The notes beneath the pieces are model-generated. The model made no database searches, was not told the origin of the DNA, and saw only the letters and a list, made by a program, of their open reading frames with translations. This document shows positions 36,370 through 45,893 of a stretch of DNA of 64,000 bases, one piece after another (the first letter of the stretch is position 1; each line of letters starts with the position of its first letter). The position numbers were made by a program, and so were the translations under genes. The stretch lies in NCBI GenBank assembly GCA_963749445.1, contig CAVVMJ010000010.1:117738-181737 (forward strand), in the 5' to 3' direction. Source of the stretch: an uncultured bacterium (GTDB lineage: Bacteria > Patescibacteriota > Doudnabacteria > UBA920).

Positions 36370-36900
36370 TCATTGTCCAATGACGACTGCAATTAACGTG
36401 AGCAAGCTTACCAAAATCGGAAACCAGACCTGCGCCAGCCACGGCACCGGGATTAAAAACAACACGTCGGGAGTGGTCCAGGAATCAGGCCATCTGATCA
36501 TCAGCCACGTGCCAATGTAAAAAAACAGGTCCCAAGTTGCAAACATCCAAAAAAATATCGCCCACCTTTCCCGGACTTGCTTGGCCGCCAAAAGCGCGAC
36601 GCTGGCCAGCATAACTATGGTTGCCGCTTCCCGATAAAGTTCAATGTCCAGCAAACTTTTAGGCAAGGCATTAACCACCTGGATCGCCGGATAGCCCGGC
36701 AGAACGCCCAAGGCGGCCCTTAAATAAACCACCACGCTGGCTTCCACAAAACCAAAAGCTATCCCAAAAATTCCGGCTATAATCAGCCGTCTTTTGGTTA
36801 AGGCCAAACCGCGTTTACGCCAAAACAAAGATAAACCTATTGGCACTAAAATTAACAAATTCACCCACCATGGTTTGGCAAAAAGCACAAAGCTATCCAT
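36370..36900 (-). CDS. hypothetical polytopic membrane protein
   Basis: 176 aa, about 5 TM helices. Confidence 0.5.
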   Translation of the reverse strand: MDSFVLFAKPWWVNLLILVPIGLSLFWRKRGLALTKRRLIIAGIFGIAFGFVEASVVVYLRAALGVLPGYPAIQVVNALPKSLLDIELYREAATIVMLASVALLAAKQVRERWAIFFWMFATWDLFFYIGTWLMIRWPDSWTTPDVLFLIPVPWLAQVWFPILVSLLTLIAVVIGQ

Positions 36901-36957
36901 ATGTTTTATTTCAACGCCTCAATGCCCGAAAGTTTCCGGCCGGCCTGACCCAATTTG

Positions 36958-36990
36958 GACAAATACTATCATACTACTGTGCATGATAGT
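36958..36990. repeat. hairpin-containing direct repeat A (ggacaaatactatcatactactgtgcatgatagt)
   Basis: Identical (one mismatch) to 37519-37552. Contains the palindrome ACTATCAT..ATGATAGT. Confidence 0.75.
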
Positions 36991-37534
36991 TTTTATCCAT
37001 TTTTAAAAGTCGGGTTAATTCTTTACTTAACTTAGTCTTCTCCTTCATCTGCTCAAGCGCCATGGTCAATTTTCGGCGTTGCTTGGCATTCGCGTTCCTG
37101 ATAATTTCATCCAACACCAATTCTGGCCAGTAATACATAGGATATCTCTTTTTGACTTTACTCCAAGATAAAGCACCATCATCAGATTTAGCCGGCTTTT
37201 CTTTTATTCTCCCGGCGATAACTCGATACCCTTCTCCGTACAAATTAAGCCAGGTGTGGACTCTCGCTATGGTGGTGTTACTGACTTTCATTTCCCTTTG
37301 GATGTCCTGATAGGTGCAATCCTCCAAAAGCAAACGGGCAATTTGCAGCCTCCGCGCAAGCATCACCACTTCGCCCTCCGACAACAAATCCTTTATAAAA
37401 TTTGCCGCCTCAACGGGATTCTTAATGGCCGCTAAGGCTTTTGCAAAACCAATAAACAATTCCTGCTGCTGTTCCTTTGTTAAATGTTTCTTTGCATCGT
37501 ATTTGCCCATAAAATTTTGGACAAATACTATCAT
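36974..37534 (-). CDS. TrpR/YerC-YecD-family DNA-binding protein with C-terminal extension
   Basis: ...EQQQELFIGFAKALAAIKNPVEAANFIKDLLSEGEVVMLARRLQIARLLLEDCTYQDIQREMKVSNTTIARV... matches the Trp-repressor-like fold family. The start and stop codons lie inside the two repeat copies. Confidence 0.65.
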   Translation of the reverse strand: MIVFVQNFMGKYDAKKHLTKEQQQELFIGFAKALAAIKNPVEAANFIKDLLSEGEVVMLARRLQIARLLLEDCTYQDIQREMKVSNTTIARVHTWLNLYGEGYRVIAGRIKEKPAKSDDGALSWSKVKKRYPMYYWPELVLDEIIRNANAKQRRKLTMALEQMKEKTKLSKELTRLLKMDKNYHAQ

Positions 37535-37552
37535 ACTACTGTGTATGATAGT
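37519..37552. repeat. hairpin-containing direct repeat A' (ggacaaatactatcatactactgtgtatgatagt)
   Basis: Direct copy of 36958-36990. Confidence 0.75.
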
Positions 37553-37576
37553 ATTTAACCACTTTTTGCCATTACT

Positions 37577-38801
37577 CTATTTCAACGCCTCAATGCCCGG
37601 CAATTTTTTGCCGGCCAGGTATTCCAGCATGGCGCCGCCGCCGGTGGAGACGTGGTCGATGTTTTCAAATTGGTGCGCCTGACGGACGGCGTCAACCGTG
37701 TCTCCGCCGCCGACCACGACAAACGCGCGGCCCTTGCCGCGGCCGCCGATGAGCCGCGCCAACGCCATAGTGGCGTGGTGAAAAGGCCTGACTTCAAACC
37801 GTCCTAAGGGGCCGCTCCACAAAATGGTTTTGGCTTTTTTGATTTCCTGGGCGAACGCCAAAATGGTTTTTGGGCCCGCGTCCAAAACCTGTTCTTTTTT
37901 GCCGATGTCATAAGGCGTAGCCACGCGGATGGTGTCTTTGTCCATTTTCTCATCCACCACCACCACGTCCAGCGGCAACATTAACTTGTCCTTATAATTC
38001 TTTTCAATTTCCCAGGCAACCTTTAGCTTCGCCTTCCTCAATTTTGGACAAACCGATCTCCAAACCTTTAGATTTAAACATCAAATTGGCCACTCCCCCG
38101 CCCACCAAAATTTTGTCCGCTTTTTTGCCCAAATTTTCCAATGCCCCGACTTTTTCCGAAAGCTTGATGCCGCCCGTCATCACCACAAACGGATGCTTAA
38201 CGCTTTTAAGCATCATATCCAAAGATTTGATTTCTTTTTCCAAAAGCAAACCGCAATAGCTATCCAAATACTTAGTCACGCCGACCGTGGACGCGGCCGC
38301 ACGATGGTCCACGCCGAACGCGTCATTAACGTAAACATCGGCAAAACTCGCCAATTTTTTGGCAAAAACCGGATCGTCTTTTTCTTCGCCTTCGTAAAAC
38401 CGTAAATTCTCCAGCAAAATAATGTCTTTGGCCGGCGCCATCCCAAGCTGCTCCTGATGTTTTTCTTCCAGAATATTTCCGGTATAAAAAATAAAATGGT
38501 TAATTTGGTATTCCGGCAGCTTATGGTCAGTCTCCAAAAATTTATAGCCCAGCATCTCAGCCATCAATTTGGCCACGGGCTCTAAACTAAATTGCGGGTC
38601 TTTTTTGCCCTTTGGCCGCCCCAAATGCCCGCAAACAATTACCGTATTGCCTGCTGCATGCAAATGTTTAATAGTCGGAATAATTTGCTCAATCCTAAAA
38701 GCGTCGTTAACCTTGCCATTATCAATCGGCACGTTTACGTCCACGCGCAGCAGGACGGTTTTATTTTGGATTTTGGATGTTCGCAAATATTTTATAGCCA
38801 T
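37577..38801 (-). CDS. pgk: phosphoglycerate kinase, reading frame broken by a 1-nt insertion near 38020
   Basis: N-terminal part MAIKYLRTSKIQNKTVLLRVDVNVP... ends at ...IEEGEAK and continues in the -1 frame as VAWEIEKNYKDKLMLPLDVVVV...GGGAMLEYL; context gaagctaaaggttgcc. Confidence 0.8.
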
Positions 38802-38810
38802 AAAAAATTA

Positions 38811-38896
38811 TGAATTTGCGAGGAGCCAGGGCTTTAACTGGCGACGAAGCAATCTCATTAAATATTGGGATTACTTAGGCTGCACTCGCAATTTCA
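38811..38896. mobile_element. MITE family 2 copy
   Basis: gaatttgcgaggagccagggctttaactggcgacgaagcaatctcat...ctgcactcgcaatttc. Confidence 0.8.
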
Positions 38897-39190
38897 ACCG
38901 AGTAATTTAGAATATAGATCTTCCCAATTAGGATTCATTTTATTTATTAAATCTATTTTCTTTTGCCTGGAACCGCCTTTGATTTGTTTTTCTCGTTCCA
39001 ACGCGGTATACATCTCCTCAAAAACTTCGTAATATACCAGCTTGTCTACGTTATATTTTTTAGTAAACCCCTTCACTATATGCTGTTTGTGTTGCCATGT
39101 TCTCTTTATTAGTCCGTTTGTAAATCCAGTATATAAAACCGTATGTCGTTGGTTGGTCAATATATAGATATAGAACTGTTCCGATATCAT
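38894..39190 (-). CDS. GIY-YIG nuclease-family protein (stand-alone, ~98 aa)
   Basis: FYIYILTNQRHTVLYTGFTNGLIKRTWQHK...YYEVF...ALEREKQIKGGSRQKK: GIY..YIG..R..E..N core. Confidence 0.75.
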   Translation of the reverse strand: MISEQFYIYILTNQRHTVLYTGFTNGLIKRTWQHKQHIVKGFTKKYNVDKLVYYEVFEEMYTALEREKQIKGGSRQKKIDLINKMNPNWEDLYSKLLG

Positions 39191-39206
39191 ACATTGTTTG
39201 GTATTA

Positions 39207-39245
39207 TCGGGATTGCTCCGTCGGCTGCACTCCTCGCAATTTCAG
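39207..39245. mobile_element. partial MITE family 2 copy (3' half)
   Basis: gggattgctccgtcggctgcactcctcgcaatttcagg. Confidence 0.6.
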
Positions 39246-40270
39246 GAATTTTTACCCACCATAATCGCTTCCTCCACTAACCGATGAGAATACCCATATT
39301 CATTATCGTACCACGCCACAACTTTGACCAAATTACCGTCAACGACCTGGGTCAGGGCGAGGTCAATAATGGATGAGGCAGGGTTGGCCACGATGTCTTG
39401 CAAAACAATTGGTTCATCCGTTACTTCCAAAATTCCTTTAAAACGGTCGGTTTTGGCAGCGCTGATGAAGGCTTGGTTGATTTCTTCTTTGGTGACATTT
39501 TTCTTGAGCAGCATCGTAAAATCCGACAAACTGCCAACCGGAGTCGGCACGCGGAATGACACGCCGTCAAATTTTCCTTTGAGCGACGGAATTGCCTGCG
39601 TAGCCGAAATGGCGGCGCCAGTCGTGGTGGGGATTATATTGATTGCCGCGGCGCGGGCGCGGCGCAAATCATTGGATTTTCCTCCCGGCGGCGGGCCGTC
39701 AACCAAATTTTGTTCGGCCGTGTAACTGTGAATGGTGGACATCAGCGCTTTTTCCACGCCAAAAGTTTCCTGCATAATCGCCAAAACCGGCGCGATGCAA
39801 TTGGTGGTGCAGGACGCACAACTGATAATGTTTTGGTCCGCGCGATATTTATCGGCATTAACCCCTAAGACAATCGTCGGCGTCACGCCTTCGTCTTTGG
39901 CCGGCGCGCTAATGACAACCTTTTTGGCTCCGGCCTTAAGATGAGCGCCCGCCTTTTCACTATCCGTAAACCGCCCCGTGCACTCTATCACGACTTCCAC
40001 GCCCAACTTTCCCCACGGTAGCATTGCCGGATCTTTTTCCGCGGACACCGGATACTTTTTGCCGTCAACGATAATATTGGTTTCGTCATGCTCGATTTTA
40101 CGATGATAGCGCCCGTAAACGCTGTCGTATTTTAACAAATGCGCTAAAACGGCGGTGGAAGTCAAATCGTTAATTCCTAAAACCTCAACCTCCTTACGTT
40201 CCAACGCCACTTTAAACGCCTGCCGCCCGATGCGGCCGAACCCGTTGATGCCTACTTTGACTTGCTTCAT
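39242..40270 (-). CDS. gap: glyceraldehyde-3-phosphate dehydrogenase
   Basis: MKQVKVGINGFGRIGR...SCTTNC... Confidence 0.9.
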   Translation of the reverse strand: MKQVKVGINGFGRIGRQAFKVALERKEVEVLGINDLTSTAVLAHLLKYDSVYGRYHRKIEHDETNIIVDGKKYPVSAEKDPAMLPWGKLGVEVVIECTGRFTDSEKAGAHLKAGAKKVVISAPAKDEGVTPTIVLGVNADKYRADQNIISCASCTTNCIAPVLAIMQETFGVEKALMSTIHSYTAEQNLVDGPPPGGKSNDLRRARAAAINIIPTTTGAAISATQAIPSLKGKFDGVSFRVPTPVGSLSDFTMLLKKNVTKEEINQAFISAAKTDRFKGILEVTDEPIVLQDIVANPASSIIDLALTQVVDGNLVKVVAWYDNEYGYSHRLVEEAIMVGKNS

Positions 40271-40311
40271 TTTATTCCTTTCTTAATTTAAAAATTTAGG
40301 TCGCTCAAGAA

Positions 40312-40410
40312 TTGATGGGCATCTTCGGGCGGCTATAATCATCAGCCGATATTTATTGGCCGACGCATCAATCATAACCTACTAAACCACAACCTCGAAG
40401 ATGCCCATCA
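40312..40410. mobile_element. MITE family 1 copy
   Basis: TTGATGGGCATCTTCG ... CGAAGATGCCCATCAA (perfect 16-bp TIR). Confidence 0.85.
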
Positions 40411-40416
40411 ATACAT

Positions 40417-41433
40417 TCAACTTTCTTTTTTTGCTGCCTCCCGCAACACCCGTGCCTTGACTTTTTCATCCGTGATTTTTATCGGGACAAATTTTTTCAG
40501 CTTCTTAAGTTGCGCTTCCATCTCCCGCTTGGTCAAAAGCCCGGCCTGCGGCCCGACCTGCTGGACCACCGAGCCGGCATTTATGGGCCCCCAGCGCAGA
40601 GCTTCTTTGTGGGGCAAACCGTGCGCTAACGCCGCAATGTAGGCGGTAGTAAAAGCATCGCCCGCACCAGTGGCCTCAAGGCACGGCCCGGGATATTCCG
40701 GAATATAATAAAACCCTTCCTTGGAATAACTGTAAGCGCCGGCGCGGCCGTCAGTCAAGGCCACGGCTCTTGGACCCAGTTTGACCAAAGCGCGGCACAG
40801 GCTTTCCGGATCGCGGCCACTTTCGCCGACCCAACTTTGGGCTTCTTCCACGTTGAGCGACAGCAAATCCGTGCGCTTGAGCATCAATTCATTGGCCTTA
40901 GCTCCGGCCCGCAACTGGAAAGTGCCGGGATTAAATCCCAACTTGGCCTTGTAACGGTCAACATACCTGGCCAAATCGTGGTAAACGGTTTCAAACCCTT
41001 GGCCCATGCTCGTTAAATAAATCCAACCGGAGTGGACAAAATCGGGCAACTGATATTTGCGGTGCTCGTGGTAAACAAAAATCGTACGCTCGCCCTGGAA
41101 ACTTAACACGGTTGAGGCGTTAGTCGGGTGCTTGTCGTTTTTAATGATGTAGCGCGTGGACACGCCTTCTTTTTCCATTTTGTGCACGATTTCCCGGCCG
41201 CCGGTGTCATGCGCCACCACGCAATAATAAGCGGCGTTCAGCCCCAAGCGCGAACTGCCCACGGCGTTATTGGCCGCGTTGCCGGCCACGGTCCGGTAAA
41301 ACTTGTCCACCGGCAGCTTGTCGCCCCAGCTGATCACCGCTTTTTTTTCTCCGCCCATTTCCTTAATTTCAATATCGTGCACAATCAAAAACGTGTCAAT
41401 GGTCGGGTCGCCGATGGAAATAATGTCAAACAT
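40417..41433 (-). CDS. PfkB-family carbohydrate kinase (ribokinase-like)
   Basis: ...ATGAGDAFTTAYIAAL... anion-hole and GAGD motif. Confidence 0.75.
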   Translation of the reverse strand: MFDIISIGDPTIDTFLIVHDIEIKEMGGEKKAVISWGDKLPVDKFYRTVAGNAANNAVGSSRLGLNAAYYCVVAHDTGGREIVHKMEKEGVSTRYIIKNDKHPTNASTVLSFQGERTIFVYHEHRKYQLPDFVHSGWIYLTSMGQGFETVYHDLARYVDRYKAKLGFNPGTFQLRAGAKANELMLKRTDLLSLNVEEAQSWVGESGRDPESLCRALVKLGPRAVALTDGRAGAYSYSKEGFYYIPEYPGPCLEATGAGDAFTTAYIAALAHGLPHKEALRWGPINAGSVVQQVGPQAGLLTKREMEAQLKKLKKFVPIKITDEKVKARVLREAAKKES

Positions 41434-41443
41434 AGGTTAGTGA

Positions 41444-41490
41444 ATTAGTGAATTAGAGAGTTTACGTTCTAATTCTCTAATTCTCTATTT
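41444..41490. repeat. gtgaattag-word hairpin
   Basis: gttagtgaattagtgaattagagag...ctctaattctctaatt; related copy at 62613-62684. Confidence 0.65.
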
Positions 41491-41503
41491 TTCTTTTTAC
41501 TGA

Positions 41504-41701
41504 TTAATACCTGCTATACATCCCAAAACACCCGGCGCCAGCGCGGCCGTCAAGATTATCGCGGACATAATTGACGGCAAAAAAACTGACCAAAATAATC
41601 AGCAATAAGCCTAGCACTATATCGGACACGCTGTAATAAATCACAAACTTGGCTTCCGGCCTGTCTTTGTGCATATGCTTTTTGTGGACAAATTTGAGCA
41701 T
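41504..41701 (-). CDS. small membrane protein, hypothetical
   Basis: 65 aa, one TM helix. Confidence 0.35.
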   Translation of the reverse strand: MLKFVHKKHMHKDRPEAKFVIYYSVSDIVLGLLLIILVSFFAVNYVRDNLDGRAGAGCFGMYSRY

Positions 41702-41727
41702 AAAATTATGATCAAGATCAAAAATTA

Positions 41728-42699
41728 TTATTTTTTCCTTTTGAAAACTTTTAAGATCGCTTTCTTAATCGCGTCCTTGCCCATCCCATACTTTTCAATT
41801 AATTCATTCGGCTGGCCGGATTCGCCAAAGGTGTCGGGCATCCCCACCATTTCCACGGGTACGGGATAATTCTGCGCCAGGACTTCGCAAACCGCGCTGC
41901 CGCAGCCGCCCATCACCTGATGTTCTTCCAGCGTCACGACGGCGCCGCATTTGCGCGCCACGTCGATAACGGTTTCGGCGTCAATCGGTTTAATTGTATG
42001 ATTATTTACCACCATCACGCTAATGCCATCCTTTTCCAGCTCAATCGCGGCTAACAAACCGTTATATAAAACCGGGCCGCTGCCGATTAAAGCCACGTGG
42101 TTACCGTCGCGCATCACCTCGGCTCGGCCGATTTCAAAGGGCGAATCAGCCGTTGTCATTATGGGCGTTTTTTCGCGGCCAAAGCGGAAATACACGGGGC
42201 CCGGCGTTTTCCCCGCAGCTAAGGCGGTTTTTTTGGCTTCCAGGGCATCACAGGGCACTACAATTGTCAAATTGGGCAAAACCCGGGTTATGGCAATATC
42301 CTCTAAAGCTTGATGGGTGGCCCCGTCCGGACCGACCGATATACCTGTATGGGCCCCCGCGATTTTCACATTGGCCTGGCTGTAACAAACGCTCACGCGC
42401 AATTGGTCCCAATTCCGCCCTGGCGAAAAAACGGCATACGACGACACGAAAGGAATTTTGCCGTAAAGCGCCAGGCCCGCGGCAATGCCCATCATATTCT
42501 GCTCGGCCACGCCGCACTCAATGAACCGCTCGGGGAATTTTTTGGCAAAATCCAAAACGCGCGTGCTCTCGGCCAGGTCAGCGGTGAGCACCACCACTCT
42601 TTCATCTTGCGCGCCCAATTCCAAAAGCGCTTCGCCGTACCCGTTGCGGGTCGGCGCCTGCTCAATATCTGGTTCACCAATTTTGGGATTTAAATCCAT
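41728..42699 (-). CDS. transketolase, C-terminal (pyrimidine-binding) subunit
   Basis: ...RNGYGEALLELG...FIECGVAEQNMMGIAAGLAL... Confidence 0.85.
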   Translation of the reverse strand: MDLNPKIGEPDIEQAPTRNGYGEALLELGAQDERVVVLTADLAESTRVLDFAKKFPERFIECGVAEQNMMGIAAGLALYGKIPFVSSYAVFSPGRNWDQLRVSVCYSQANVKIAGAHTGISVGPDGATHQALEDIAITRVLPNLTIVVPCDALEAKKTALAAGKTPGPVYFRFGREKTPIMTTADSPFEIGRAEVMRDGNHVALIGSGPVLYNGLLAAIELEKDGISVMVVNNHTIKPIDAETVIDVARKCGAVVTLEEHQVMGGCGSAVCEVLAQNYPVPVEMVGMPDTFGESGQPNELIEKYGMGKDAIKKAILKVFKRKK

Positions 42700-42775
42700 T
42701 GTTACTCCGCTTTTTTGAGTAATAAATAAGCTCTATAATTATAGTGATTGAAGTTATTTTTTCATTTTATTAATT

Positions 42776-43633
42776 TTACTGATGCTCACTTTGGATTTGC
42801 CCGCGGAGCGTGCGCAATTCATTCAGCGCGATTTCCGCCTGGTACTGGTCGGGGGGGCTTCCGTGCCATTTATAATCCCCTTCCATAAAATCCACGCCCT
42901 TGCCCGGAATGGTATGCGCGATAATTATGGTCGGTTTTTCGTAAATGGCTTTGGCCTCCATGCAGGCGTCTATAATTTCTTGATGGTTATGCCCGTCAAC
43001 TTCCAAAACGTGCCAGCCGAACGCCTCGTACTTCGCGCGCAAATTTTCCAAGGGCATAATGTCTTCCGTGTTGCCGTCAATTTGGATGTTATTGCGGTCT
43101 AAAACGCCGGTCAGGTTGTGCAGCTTATATTTGCCCGCAAACATCACGGCTTCCCAGACCTGGCCTTCCTGCTGTTCGCCGTCGGACATTATTAGATATA
43201 TCCTCTGTGATTTTTTACGGTCCATCATCAACCCGTACGCTAAGCCTGCCGCTTGCGACGCGCCTTGCGCCAGTGGGCCGGAGGTGGTTTCAATGCCGGG
43301 AGCGGATAAGTTGTGCGGATGCCCCTGCAGGCGGGAGTTGATTTTCCTTAAAGTTTTCAGTTCGGCTTTGGGAAAATAGCCGGCTTCGGCCAAGCTCGCG
43401 TAAAGCACGGGATTAATATGGCCGCAAGATAAAATCAAACGGTCCCGATCCGGCCAAGTTGGATTTTTTGGGTCGTGGTTCATCACGCCGCCAAAATACA
43501 GCACCGTAAATACATCGGCCATGCCCAAAGGCCCGGCAGAGTGCCCGCTCTTGGCCTCCAGCAACATCCCGATGATGTCCTGCCGGATATCATTGGCTTT
43601 ATATTTTAATTCGTTTTGGGATAATTTTTGCAT
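42776..43633 (-). CDS. transketolase, N-terminal (TPP-binding) subunit
   Basis: ...GHSAGPLGMADVFTVLYF...LIMSDGEQQEGQVWEA... Confidence 0.85.
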   Translation of the reverse strand: MQKLSQNELKYKANDIRQDIIGMLLEAKSGHSAGPLGMADVFTVLYFGGVMNHDPKNPTWPDRDRLILSCGHINPVLYASLAEAGYFPKAELKTLRKINSRLQGHPHNLSAPGIETTSGPLAQGASQAAGLAYGLMMDRKKSQRIYLIMSDGEQQEGQVWEAVMFAGKYKLHNLTGVLDRNNIQIDGNTEDIMPLENLRAKYEAFGWHVLEVDGHNHQEIIDACMEAKAIYEKPTIIIAHTIPGKGVDFMEGDYKWHGSPPDQYQAEIALNELRTLRGQIQSEHQ

Positions 43634-43653
43634 TTTGGTATTTACGCTGTTTA

Positions 43654-44242
43654 CCAGTCCCCTCCTGGAACAGGAGGGGTGTCACCCGAAGGGTGACGGG
43701 GTGGTAGACACTATTTGAGATGACTTTTAATTTCTTCAATAATTCCGTTTAGATTATTCAAAACATCTTTATTCTGAAATCTGATGATTTTTATATTCTG
43801 ACTTTGTATAAATTCCGTCCGTTTTTGATCGTAATCGTAGGCTTCAGAACTGTCATGCGTACCGCCATCCAGTTCAATGCCCAGACGCTCATTAGGACAG
43901 TAAAAATCAAGAGAATATTGACCAACACCATATTGTCTCCTAAATTTTTTGCCGAGTTTGGACCCTTTCAATTCCCTCCATAAGATAATTTCCGGCAGAC
44001 CGAGGTTATTTCTAAGTTTCTTGCGTAAATCTTTGCGGCTGACATTGTTATATAAAAAGTCCATCTGTCTGCCGTTATTAGGGCTATACGCGGAGCATTC
44101 TCCTCCTATTTCAGGAATATCATCAGAATATAGGAGGGGTGCCCCGCCTTTGGCGGGACGGGGCGGTAATTTTATGAATTGCTGATGTCTACCACCTCCC
44201 CCCGCTTCGCGGGGTACTCCTCCTGTTCCAGGAGGAGACTAC
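43654..44242. mobile_element. GC-rich TIR element carrying DUF559 endonuclease gene (copy 1)
   Basis: Left end ccagtcccctcctggaacaggaggggtgtcacccgaagggtgacggggtgg. Right end ccacctccccccgcttcgcggggtactcctcctgttccaggaggagactact. Terminal inverted repeat tc.cctcctggaacaggagg. Confidence 0.7.
43711..44064 (-). CDS. DUF559 (Vsr-like restriction-endonuclease-fold) protein
   Basis: ...LWRELKG...FRRQYGVGQYSLDFYCPNERLGIELDGGTHD...IIRFQNKDV... is the PF04480 pattern. Confidence 0.75.
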   Translation of the reverse strand: MDFLYNNVSRKDLRKKLRNNLGLPEIILWRELKGSKLGKKFRRQYGVGQYSLDFYCPNERLGIELDGGTHDSSEAYDYDQKRTEFIQSQNIKIIRFQNKDVLNNLNGIIEEIKSHLK

Positions 44243-44563
44243 TTAACTCCGTTTTGTCGTTATTTGATAATTTTTCTTTCTGAAACGGCGGATGACAAGT
44301 AAAATTATAAAGCTAATTAAAATCCAAAAAAATAAATTAAGGAATAAAACTGATAAATCACCCAAAAATAATTCGTGATTTTTAAAAGGGAACCCAAAAT
44401 CATATATTTTAGGGCAAGGCCCCAAAAAGCAATCAGGCTGATAACTGTTCAAAGTCAGAAGACTGGCGACGACATCAATCAAAAATCCCAACACCACGCT
44501 CCACGCCGCCAAACCGGTTTTTGACTGTAAGCTGAAGATTTTCATGTTTGTTTCTGCCGTCAA
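44243..44563 (-). CDS. hypothetical membrane protein
   Basis: 106 aa, 2-3 TM helices. Confidence 0.4.
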   Translation of the reverse strand: MTAETNMKIFSLQSKTGLAAWSVVLGFLIDVVASLLTLNSYQPDCFLGPCPKIYDFGFPFKNHELFLGDLSVLFLNLFFWILISFIILLVIRRFRKKNYQITTKRS

Positions 44564-44566
44564 TTG

Positions 44567-45250
44567 TTAATTGTTTCCGCCAGAGGCGGATCCGCCTTCG
44601 GCGGAAATCGTCAATTGTTGATTTAGTTTTTCCCAAGCATCCGCCATATCCGGCGCTCTGATGAGGGCGCTGCCGACTACTATTAAATCCGCCGAGGCAT
44701 GAGCGACTTTTTTAACATTCCCGATATTTATGCCGCCATCTACCTCTATTATAGCATTGGGAATTAACTTTCTCAAAGCCGCGACGCGCTCTAAGGTTTC
44801 CGGAATGAACTCCTGACCCTGGTAACCAGGAACCACCCCCATAATTTGAAAATGATGGACGATTTTTTCCAAATCCTTAAGCACCTCCACCGGCGTGCCG
44901 GGATTAATGGCAACGCCCGGTTTAATCCCCTCGGCCGTTATGGCCGCAATGGCCTCATGCAGGTCGCGCGAATTGTCAAAGGATTCGTAATGCACCAAAA
45001 CCGTGCCAAAACCCGCCATTTTGTAGTCAAACATCTCTTTGGGTTCTTTGATCATCAAGTGCGCTTCCCATTCAAACGCCGGGTTCAGGCCGTCCATGGC
45101 GGTTACCGGCAACAGCTTGCGGTCAATAAACGCGCCGTCGCCGAAATCCACCTGGACGCGTTTGACGCCGGGCAGTTTGGTGACGCGGGAAACTTTATCC
45201 AAAAAGGCTTCCGAAGTTTCCTCTAAAATTGCGGGGACGATTTGGGGCAT
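44567..45250 (-). CDS. rpe: ribulose-phosphate 3-epimerase with repeat-encoded C-terminal tail
   Basis: MPQIVPAILEE...VDFGDGAF...; the last ~16 aa (LTISAEGGSASGGNN) are encoded by hairpin 44558-44622. Confidence 0.85.
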   Translation of the reverse strand: MPQIVPAILEETSEAFLDKVSRVTKLPGVKRVQVDFGDGAFIDRKLLPVTAMDGLNPAFEWEAHLMIKEPKEMFDYKMAGFGTVLVHYESFDNSRDLHEAIAAITAEGIKPGVAINPGTPVEVLKDLEKIVHHFQIMGVVPGYQGQEFIPETLERVAALRKLIPNAIIEVDGGINIGNVKKVAHASADLIVVGSALIRAPDMADAWEKLNQQLTISAEGGSASGGNN

Positions 45251-45258
45251 AAATAATG

Positions 45259-45360
45259 CGATACCAATATACTAATGCATGCGAATGATACGAATAATAC
45301 CAATCTTAAATCGTATTCGTATTATTTGTATCATTAGTACCATTCGTATATTAGTATCAT
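45259..45360. repeat. tacgaata/ctaatg-word palindrome
   Basis: ataccaatatactaatgcatgcgaatgatacgaataatacc...tcgtattcgtattatttgtatcattagtaccattcgtatattagtatcat. Confidence 0.65.
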
Positions 45361-45812
45361 TTAAAACTCTGCTGCTCTATCCTTTTTATCTTATCTATTC
45401 TCCGCTGATGCCTGCCGCCTTCAAACCCGGTCTTGAGCCACAAGTCCACCGCCGCTTTGGCCTGCGCAACGCTGACAAATCCAAAACCCAAAGACAGCAT
45501 ATTGGCGTCATTGTGCTGCCGGGCCAGTTCAACAATTTTTAAATCCCCGCCCTGGTACAACGCGCAGCGGATACCCCGAACTTTGTTGGCCACTATGGCT
45601 TCGCCGTTGCCGCTTAAACCCAAAACTATTCCGCGGTTACCGTCCACCGACGCGGTTTTAACCGCGCACGGATAAATAAAATCCGGATAGTCGTCGTCCT
45701 TGTCATATTTAAACGGCCCAACATCCTCAACTTCCAAATTCTGCTCCTTAAGGTATTGGCAGAGCGTATTTTTTAATTCAAACCCGGCGTGGTCGCTGGC
45801 GATGTATATCAT
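45357..45812 (-). CDS. rpiB: ribose-5-phosphate isomerase B
   Basis: MIYIASDHAGFELK...GIVLGLSGNGEAIVANK... Confidence 0.85.
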   Translation of the reverse strand: MIYIASDHAGFELKNTLCQYLKEQNLEVEDVGPFKYDKDDDYPDFIYPCAVKTASVDGNRGIVLGLSGNGEAIVANKVRGIRCALYQGGDLKIVELARQHNDANMLSLGFGFVSVAQAKAAVDLWLKTGFEGGRHQRRIDKIKRIEQQSFK

Positions 45813-45893
45813 GTTAGCGTTTAGCGTTTAGCGTTTAGCGTTTAGCAGTCCACTGTGTGGCTAAATGCTAATCGCTAATTGCTAACTGCTAAT
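45813..45893. repeat. ttagcg-word palindrome
   Basis: gttagcgtttagcgtttagcgtttagcag tccactgtgtgg ctaaatgctaatcgctaattgctaactgctaa; a related copy lies at 63270-63362. Confidence 0.7.
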
